Source: Kipferlia bialata (taxonomy: Eukaryota). Taken from it: DNA of 35,466 nt. Under the pieces are notes generated by a model. It ran no database searches, was not told the DNA's origin, and saw nothing but the letters and a program-made list of their open reading frames with translations. Of the stretch, positions 10,001 to 19,089 are shown in pieces. Position numbers and translations under genes: made by a program. Position 1 is the stretch's first letter. The number at the start of each line of letters is the position of its first letter. The stretch spans positions 4,808 through 40,273 of the forward strand of contig BDIP01000034.1 of NCBI GenBank assembly GCA_003568945.1, written 5' to 3'.

Positions 10001-13000
10001 TCAAAACATAACCACAGTCTCTCTCTCTTCCCTACCTGTCTTCCTTGTATACCACTGACATTGGTTTCACAACTCCTGCATCCACATCCGTTGCCAATTC
10101 CTACAGTCAGTGGACATGGGCTAGATGTATGCCACACTAACATATATACCAGTACCTGTACCAGCTCTTCCATACCAATCTGGACCATACTGTTGCCTTG
10201 CAGATTCAGCAACTTCACTGGAGTGAGAATAGACACAACCATCCACTCGACGAAGACTCTAGTGGTACAGAGACTGTATCTACACGACAGTATATCCCCG
10301 CACCGTTGGGGAAGCACCGGTGCAGCATAGCCAGCCTGGCCCCTGCCAGTCCGTCAGTAGAGATGGCATTGCCACTCAGGTCAACCTCAGTCACACAGTC
10401 GAAGAGGGCCGGCTGGGGTGAGCTTAGGCATGGATACATATAGGCATATAGACCACTCCCCCTCACCTCCTTCTGTGTGATACTCTCCACCTCGGCCACC
10501 AGGCTAGCAAACCCCTCTGCCCTCAGCGGTCTGTCGAGGCCCTTAAGGGACAGCCTCTCCCTCAGACCCCTTCTGGCTACATGGGCCTGGATGGATGGCA
10601 GATCCTTCAGTAGGTTGGTGGTCTGCAGCACGTCCTTCTGTTGCTCCCTGCACTTCTCAACACACTCCTCCAGTCTCTGACTCCAATCCTGTGACATGCA
10701 AACACCACCCTGTTGGGAAGCACGGGAGGGGTAGAACACCCGAAGGTTCTCTCTCTCCAGCATAACGGCTGGGGAGTTGTGGTATCTCTCTACCGATACG
10801 TGGGCAGGAACGTGACCGGTGGAGAGAAGACGCTTACTGAGTATGAGGGGTAGGACATGGTTGGTACTGTGAAATAGGACACTGACACACTTCCATACCA
10901 TATATAGGGACAGTGGTCTCCTGTGTGTGCCACATGTTCATCATCAAGGGTCTTTACAACACCCTCTAGCCTAGCCAGGTACTCCTCTCTCTAAGGTTAG
11001 CATAATTACTCAGATACGATAACTGACGGGATATTACAATATCACTATCCGAAACTGACAAGTCGTCACTGGCAACGATACATCGTACACATACCGTCTC
11101 TTTCCTCTCAGGGGAATAGGCTGTAGCATCAGGTCCCACAGTAGAGTCTCCCTCTGTTGCATCTGCACACACTATGCTCTTGGCACACTCTGCCCAGTCT
11201 GAGGGTAATGCACAGGCCCTGACCCTATCTGCCCTACCGTAGAGCCGTGACACCCTGCTGTCCAGTCTAGTCAGGTGGTCTCTGGCCTATGGTGTCAGGA
11301 TATATATGTATATATATATAGACAGTCTAATGGTTGGGTATTCATCATTCACTGCGGACCATTATGGAGTATTGATGCGTTGACGCATAATGACACTTGC
11401 ACAACCGTACCATCTGTGCCTTTATGTCGTCTATCCACTGTAGCAGATCAGTGCAGGTAGGGCGCTGGGTGGGGTCCACCTATAGTGAGATTCTATGTTT
11501 GTATCCATATATAGATGTCTGGTGGCCTTTTCTGTCATTTGAAGTGTAGTGGAACCCGAGAGAGAGCAAAGTGAACGTGGTAGTGGCACAAAAACTCCTA
11601 ATACTACCACAGTGTCTCCTACAATAGCTCTTACAGAGATGCACATTGGCTATACCTTCAGCATCGAGTTGACCAACTCAGGCAGCTCAGGTATAGCGGT
11701 GTGTGTCTTGTCGATCTTGCTGTGGTTGGTCCAGTGTATCGACTGATGAAAACACACGCTTTGTACTCTACTATTGTATACAACCTACTGTACTATATAT
11801 GTATGTCTATACCCTCACCCACAGTCCATCGTCAGCATGTGCTTGAGTGTATGCTCAGAGATGCCCTTGAAGACCCAGTCCCTCGCCAACATCTATGGTG
11901 GGGTGGATGTGATTTAAACGGTGGGAGTGTATGGTACCTAATAGCATGGACAGAGCCACTACAGTGTGTTTCACGTATCCATAAATATATGTGGTGCATT
12001 GACTGACATTCGATAGTGTACTCACCTGGGAGAACACCAGCCCCATAGCCCATATGTCACTGGGCAAGGCATATTCCTGGTACATCCAACACTCTGGGGC
12101 GTTGTACAGTATGGCACCCGGGGCACAAGGCATGCCCCTCTGCATACGGGTGAGGGCGGCAGCCTGGGTCTAAGGAGGATAATACATAGAATGTAGTGAC
12201 TGGTATTCCAAAAGAACAGGATTCAATCACAATACCTGTGGATTCTCCCCCTCGGATAGACTGTCAGATGCCTCAGACAGTACAGAGGTGTCTGAGCACT
12301 CAGAGTCACTGTACTCTGACTCACTACTCTCTTCGCCCTCCCCCTCTGTGTCCACCACCCGCCTTGACACACCTAGGTCCACCCATGTGGCCTGGGTGCA
12401 GGAAGGGACACGGGGCAGCTCCTCTCCAACCTGGCAGTCAGGGAGAGATACAATAGAATACACTATATGGCTAGAGCAGTGTCTGCCCCCTATACATACC
12501 CACCTGCGTCTCCAACTGGGGTCTGATGTCACAGGGGGGGCGCATGTGCACCATGATGTTGTCGGGCTGCGGGTTATCTTGTGTTTACATGTCGTGCAGG
12601 TATTAATACTATCCTCGATGTCTCTGCAAATTCACTGTGCAGCCCTCTGCTATACTCCCGATACCTTGATGTCTCTGTGCATGATGCCTGCACTGTGTAG
12701 GTCAGACAGACCCCGGATGGCCTGGGGGGAGAGGGGAGGGTATTCATAGATAGAAACATACATATCAATACTGGTATCTGGTATTTGGTAGGTGATAGAT
12801 GGATGTGTCGGAATACAAACTACATATGTATATATTGTAAATATAGTATATATACATGTAAGGTCTGTACCTGCTCCATGATGGACAGTGTGTGTGGTAT
12901 GGGCATGCCCCTCTCCGTATGGGTCTGGATCATGTGCTGCAGGGTATGGCCTGGGGTGGGAGGGGGGGGTGCATAGGTAGTGTACAGCGTGTATAGTAAG

Positions 13001-13696
13001 GTATAGAATCAATGCCCTTCATACCCTCCAGGAAGTCCATCACCACCACCAACCACCCTTCAAAGGGGTTGGACAGTAGGTGGCCTGGTTGAGACTCCAC
13101 AGCCCACAGGGGGTCAGAGTACCTATATCAGAGAGGGGATCATAGTCTATACAGAGGGGTATGCATAGCACCACGTGCATCTTCAGGGTACCCACCTCTC
13201 TGTGTCCGAGTTGATGAAGGCGCGGAGGGAGGGGGAACTGGGGTAAGACACACGACACACATTGGGAGAGAGGACTGCGACGCGATAGGTATAAAAATAT
13301 TGAGATATGCATACCTTAGAGACTGGTCCGATGTGGTGTCAGGTCTGGAGGGTAGGGCACTCTCAACGGAGCTGAGGGAGTAAGGACAGGTTGAGGCAAA
13401 ACATAGATATATAACAGAATGTAGATATATAACGGAATATAACGGAATATAGATATATGACGGAAGAACAGAGAAATAGCATGTAGTGGCGATGGGGGGG
13501 GGTTGGAGAGAGCGACAAAGAGAGAACTACGGAGAGAATGAGGGAGAGAGACAGGATGTGCCAGCAGCATGTACACACACCCCACTATGAAAGGGGACCC
13601 CAGTGCGTCTCTGACTTGCAGGTTGGCCAACTCTCTCTGCAGGTTCTTGTGTCTGTCTCTCTCCTCCTGCTTCCTCTTCCTATCAACATATGGATC
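7086..13696 (-). CDS. Multidomain Ser/Thr protein kinase with LRR-like and Kelch-like regions; 25 exons, at least 1455 aa, 5' end in gap
   Basis: Exons: 13696-13581, 13371-13315, 13237-13196, 13122-13025, 12950-12871, 12721-12665, 12566-12504, 12430-12236, 12169-12026, 11892-11819, 11719-11656, 11479-11411, 11286-11095, 10990-10899, 10836-10467, 10412-10304, 10217-10156, 10100-10036, 9952-9780, 9711-9548, 9471-9114, 9040-8962, 8854-8120, 8049-7167, 7112-7086. All phases match. Kinase motifs: QRELANL..SPFIV, VVMDFLEG, HRDIKPDN, DLG, YNAPE, SDIWAMG, DPTQRPT. Later motifs: VDLSGNAI, LLNLQGNSM, VIDGALYVFG. The kinase call is firm; single-transcript linkage and the last exon are less certain. Confidence 0.8.
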
Positions 13697-13704
13697 CTGA
13701 GGGT

Positions 13705-13738
<34 letters not shown>

Positions 13739-13755
13739 AAAAGAAAAGGGGGGGA

Positions 13756-14012
13756 NNNNNNNNNNNNNNNNNNNNNNNNNNNNNNNNNNNNNNNNNNNNN
13801 NNNNNNNNNNNNNNNNNNNNNNNNNNNNNNNNNNNNNNNNNNNNNNNNNNNNNNNNNNNNNNNNNNNNNNNNNNNNNNNNNNNNNNNNNNNNNNNNNNNN
13901 NNNNNNNNNNNNNNNNNNNNNNNNNNNNNNNNNNNNNNNNNNNNNNNNNNNNNNNNNNNNNNNNNNNNNNNNNNNNNNNNNNNNNNNNNNNNNNNNNNNN
14001 NNNNNNNNNNNN
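13756..14012. other. Assembly gap (257 N) with homopolymer-rich flanks
   Basis: Run of N flanked by poly-G and poly-C. Confidence 0.99.
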
Positions 14013-14071
14013 AGAGTAGTTTCTCCCTATCTTTCCCCCCCCCCCCCCCCCTCCCTCTCTTACCCCTCTAG

Positions 14072-14456
14072 GGTTGGCCTGCACGCACTGCACAGGGCAG
14101 CTGTCAGGGCAGGGAGGTAGGGAGAGCATCAAGGGTGTCATGATATATGGTTACACATACATCTGCGTGTATATCGAGTCATAGGGCAAGGCTGTCAGGG
14201 CAGGGAGTGACTCACTCCCGGAGTGAGTATGCATCTGTGTGTGTAGACTTACTGTGAATAGCCCTCTCTACCCCCACCCCCAGGACGGATGACGAGATAG
14301 CACAGGCATGGGCCCAGTGGAACAGGTACATATAGACATAACTTCACGTCATATATACTGGATGTGTATATATGTGCTATCACAGATCACTCAGTATCCC
14401 CCATAATAACATACTGTATCCATCTACTCCAAGCACCACCAGGCTATACATCTGTG

Positions 14457-14495
<39 letters not shown>

Positions 14496-15531
14496 ATCCC
14501 CCCCACCCCAGGCACCAGCAGACTACTTATATACTTATGTATATATACACTCTATCCCCCTCCCCCCAGGCACCAGCAGATCAAGGAGCAGGAGAGGCAT
14601 GACAGACTGAATGCCATGGAGGCACAGAGGCAGATCAGGCTGAGGGAGGAGGTATATAGATACACACTTGTATATATATATATACAGAGAGAGGGAGAGA
14701 GAGAGGTGTCCCCTTGACCCCAGGCTGCCAGAAGGGAGATTGAGCGGCACGAGAGAATGGCTAGACAGAGGGAGGAAAGGATAGCAAGAGAGGCCGAGAG
14801 ACAGGTATGGGAGAGATGTGATCTATCACTCTTCGCGTTGTATGTCATCATGCCATTAGTCTGCATCGACATCTTCTCCCTCACCCCCCAGATCCCCTCC
14901 CTCCACAAGGCCAGTCCTGTCCATACCCAGGGGGATAGACCAGGGAGGGCACAGGAGCCTAGGAGACAGAGGGGCAAGAGCGGAAAGGCTAGATACAAGA
15001 GGTATTGCAGTCTCTTCCTGTGCCTATCTGCACATATGTGTATCTGTAACCCCTCACCCCAGCCCCCTGTCCGAGCATGGCTTTGTGCCCTCCTCCTCGC
15101 CCTGTGTTGACATGGAGTCAGGGTACGGGGCTGGGGTGGATGTCTCAGTGTACTCAGCAGAGGATGTGGCCAGGGTGGCACGGGAGACACTGGCAGGGGG
15201 AGAGGGAGGGGGGACAGAGAGCACCCACCCCCCCTCTGACTCTGCCTCCAGTGCCCTGTGGGTGGGTGTACCTGCCACATCTCTCCTGTCCACCCACGAG
15301 ACCAGGGCCAGGAGTGCCCTCAGGGCTAGGGCCAAGAGTGTGTGGGGGAAGAAGGGCAAGGGGAAGAAGGGGAAGAAGGGGGGGAAGGGAGAGAGTCATA
15401 CTGAGGCAGAGGCAGAGGCAGGTGTGACCATCTCTCAGCCCAAGGATGAGGAGCCGGCTGTGTTATTCACAGAACAGCAGGGCGGAGAGGGAGAGGGAGA
15501 GAAGAAGGAGGGAGTGGAGGAGAGTAAGTGA
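14072..15531 (+). CDS. Hypothetical protein, 3' part; charged coiled coil plus Lys/Gly-rich tail
   Basis: Phase-consistent exons 14072-14116, 14284-14325, 14570-14651, 14724-14804, 14892-15001 and 15063-15531, reading ...RHQQIKEQERHDRLNAMEAQRQIRLREEAARREIERHERMARQREERIAREAERQ...GKKGKGKKGKKGGKG... Confidence 0.72.
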
Positions 15532-15745
15532 GGAGAAGGGGTAGTGGAGTAGTGTTGAATAGAGAGGGACATTTTTGCATAGAGCTGAAGAGACATGCCC
15601 CACTCATATATAAGAGTATCTCTCTGATACTTACAACAGTATGACCATTCAAACCAAACACAGACCATTCGCTAACGGTACTTTATTGTACTATCCTGCT
15701 GCAACTCTAAGGGGGTGGTATCTAATCCTATGAAAGGGACGCCTC

Positions 15746-16762
15746 TTACTTCTTGAGGGCAACCTCGGCGAACTGGGAGGGGAACCTGGCCATCCAGGCG
15801 CAGGCGTGCTGGAGCTCGATCTTGTGGATCACCTCTCCGCAGGAGTGGGTGTTCTGCTCGGATCCGGCACCGAGGCCAAGCATGGCGGGGTACTTGAAGC
15901 CGGCCACCTCGATCCACCTCTTGTGCTCGGGCACCTCAAAGGCGGTGTGGGTGGTGGGGAGGGGCACGCCCACTCCGTCGGTGGAGAAGATCCACCTGCC
16001 GACGTGGGGCTCGGGCTTGATGTAGTTGTCGAGGGCCTTGTTGTGCTCCTCGGTGATGTTGGGGGTGATCACCTGGGAGTAGGACTGGGTGGCGGCAACG
16101 ATGGCGGGGTGGTCCTCGGGGGTCTCCCAGCCCATGTAGATCTGGTCGTTGTCGGGGTTGTATCCCTTCCAGGACAGCTCGGTGTAGTGGGGCACGGAGA
16201 CAGTCACGGTGAGGCCGGCCTGGCGGGCCTTGGCGATGGCGGGCAGCTTCTCGACCATCTCGACGCACATGGCGGGGGTCTCACCCACGGTCATGCGGCG
16301 GTCGAACCTGAAGGTGAACCTGTCAGGGACGGCACAGTCGGAGGGGGTGTCGAGCTTGGCCCAGGAGGCGGTACGGGTGCCCTTTCCGAGGAAGTCGTGG
16401 TCGAGGATGCCCTCGCCGTTCTCGACCTGCTCGGTGGCCTCCACAAGGATGCGGGAGCCCCACTCGAGGGGGTTCTTGCCCATGTGGGGCATGGATCCGT
16501 GGCAGGAGGAGCCCTGGACCTCAACCTCGATCTGCATGCGACCGCGCTGTCCGCGGTAGATGCCGAGGCCGGAGCGGGTGGAGTCACCGGTTCCCTCAGT
16601 GAAGACAAAGCAGTCGGGGATGAACTCGGCGCCCTTGCCGTTGAGGCCCTTGCGCATGATGTACATGGGGCCGCATCCGTCGTTGTCCTCCTCGGCAACA
16701 GTGCCCACAGAGCGCACAATGACGTTCTTCATGGCTCCCTCAGACTTGAGCTCGAGCATGAT
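15746..16762 (-). CDS. ygeY: M20/DapE-family metallohydrolase, YgeY-like; terminal exon only, N-terminus in gap
   Basis: Motifs GTVAEEDNDG, IYRGQRGRMQIEVEVQGSSCHGSMP, DFLGKGT, CAVPDRFTFRFDRRMTVGET, WIFSTDGV and THSCGE match my recollection of bacterial YgeY. CTCACCCCAG acceptor ends at 16763. Codon usage is strongly C/G-ending. The symbol means family similarity, not proven orthology. Confidence 0.88.
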   Translation of the reverse strand: MMLELKSEGAMKNVIVRSVGTVAEEDNDGCGPMYIMRKGLNGKGAEFIPDCFVFTEGTGDSTRSGLGIYRGQRGRMQIEVEVQGSSCHGSMPHMGKNPLEWGSRILVEATEQVENGEGILDHDFLGKGTRTASWAKLDTPSDCAVPDRFTFRFDRRMTVGETPAMCVEMVEKLPAIAKARQAGLTVTVSVPHYTELSWKGYNPDNDQIYMGWETPEDHPAIVAATQSYSQVITPNITEEHNKALDNYIKPEPHVGRWIFSTDGVGVPLPTTHTAFEVPEHKRWIEVAGFKYPAMLGLGAGSEQNTHSCGEVIHKIELQHACAWMARFPSQFAEVALKK

Positions 16763-16827
16763 CTGGGGTGAGGATTAAGGAGGGGGGGGGGGGCTGAGCA
16801 AGAGAGAGATAGAGTATGGTGACAAGA

Positions 16828-17013
16828 NNNNNNNNNNNNNNNNNNNNNNNNNNNNNNNNNNNNNNNNNNNNNNNNNNNNNNNNNNNNNNNNNNNNNNNNN
16901 NNNNNNNNNNNNNNNNNNNNNNNNNNNNNNNNNNNNNNNNNNNNNNNNNNNNNNNNNNNNNNNNNNNNNNNNNNNNNNNNNNNNNNNNNNNNNNNNNNNN
17001 NNNNNNNNNNNNN
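16828..17013. other. Assembly gap (186 N)
   Basis: Run of N. Confidence 0.99.
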
Positions 17014-17115
17014 CCCCGGGGTTTTGTGGTCCCCCCCCCCCCCCCCCCCCCTATTCCTATCCCCCACCACTTCCCTTCTCTCTCTCAGGGTCTCTCTCTC
17101 TATTCTCATGTCCAG

Positions 17116-17893
17116 GCATTGTGTGCTGCACCTTCCTGAAGGCATGCGAGGACACATCTCAGTATGTACGTGGGAACTTACTCTCTGGGTGTGAGTCTTA
17201 CTCTCTCTCCCTCTCTCACTCTCTCTCGCTTTGATAATGTACTTACACACTCTCTCACTCTCTCTGCTAGGACACGTCCCAGTGTGTATGGGTGTTGGGT
17301 ATAGTCTCCTTATGTGGATAGTACTGGTGTCCTTATACTCCTTCTATCCCAGACTCTCTGTGATACACTGGAGGAATGGGGGGGAGACGCATTAATGCTA
17401 CCTATCCCCGATATCGTATACCCTCTCTCTTTATGTGATTGTCTTCTCTCTCTCTCTCTCTGTATGTCCCTCTTTGTCCCCCCCACCCCCAACGCATTTT
17501 CTGTAGTTACTTAGTTAGTCAATGGATCCCTCATCGTCCTCAATCACTCTTCCAATATCAGGAGAGCTTTTTGCACCGGTATGGCGAGTACCTGCTGAGC
17601 TCTGTGTCCTACTATGGGCACAACTCTCTCTCTCTCTCCAAGATATCAAGGGGAGAGGGAGAGGGAGTCTCTCTCTCTAAGAAGAACCAGTCTCTGGTGC
17701 ATACACTGGTTGAGTATGCACCCATTGAGAGAAAGGGAGAGGGCGAGACAGAGAGAGAGGGTGAGGGAGAGGGAGAGGGAGAGAGACAGCTGTGGGTAGA
17801 GGCACTGGGAGAGAGACTCCCCGATGTGCAGAGAGTGGCATGTCTCAGTGGCATCAGTGTGAGGTACACACACATATATATATATATACACAC

Positions 17894-17936
<43 letters not shown>

Positions 17937-19048
17937 ATTTATGAGTTACTCCGATGTGCAGAGAGTGGCATGTCTCAGTGGCATCAGTCTCAGGTATAGA
18001 GATTCTGTTAATGGATATATATATTCTTGTTTATGTATATATATATATATGTATATATATGTATATAGATACCATTGTATATATATTATATATACTATAT
18101 ATGGCTGATTGCTAATTTTGAATTGTAATTTATATTTAGATTCTATTTCTATGCCTCAGTGGTAATGAACATCACACCCTATATATGTAATCATATATAT
18201 AAATATATATATATATGTATATCACCCTCACCCCAGGGGCTTGTACATCATTCTGCTCAACAATCATTATATCATTTGCAATATCAGATACTCATAGAGA
18301 TTACCATACTCATAGATACTCACCCCAGGGGCGTGTACATCATCCTGCTCAACGTGGCCAGGATCAACACACCCAGGAGAGAAGGGGACGGGGAGGGGGA
18401 GAGAGAGAGAGAGGGTGATGACGTTGGTGCTTGGGTGTCAAGTGACCTGGGGGCACTGGACTGGTTCAGGTATCAATCGTATGTAGTTGTATACTATATA
18501 TAGTCACATATATATGTGTATAGTTCTCTATATATGGCCAGTGACATGGGGGTACTGGACTGGTTCAGGTACATAGTGTATTGTTATGTGTCCTATATGT
18601 AGGTATATATGTACTTACTCTACCTTGGTATGATATCTCTTAGTGTGTATGGGTGCATGGGTATCAAGTGACATGGGGGTAATCCTGTGGTTCAGGTACA
18701 TATATACCTTGCCTATCCCCCCCTCTGCCGCTCTGCACCTGTCGTCACTTTACTATATAATGCTTCCTCTCATTCCAGATCCATCCCCCTCTCTGCCATG
18801 CTGCACCTTGTTCTGACAGAACTGTCCATGGCAGCCCTGGCATCAGTCATGGTGGCTAGACTGACAACACAGGTGTATATATATATATATACATATATAT
18901 ATACATATATATATATACATACATACACACACACACACTATATATATATACACATATATATAGACTGAACTGTCCATGGCAGCACTGGCATCTGTGGCAG
19001 TGGCTATGCTTTCTACGCAGGTAATATGTATGTATACATATATATTTG

Positions 19049-19089
<41 letters not shown>

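Noticed and set aside
11375..11388. Small intronic palindrome ATGCGT-TG-ACGCAT
   Set aside because: 6-bp arms are expected by chance in 35 kb.
15806..16771. 321-aa plus-strand ORF
   Set aside because: Antisense shadow of the GC3-rich M20 gene; no independent motifs.
18237..18328. Helical-looking peptide GLVHHSAQQSLYHLQYQILIEITILID as extra nucleoporin evidence
   Set aside because: Wrong phase for the upstream donor. It is an intronic echo region and the true exon starts at 18329.
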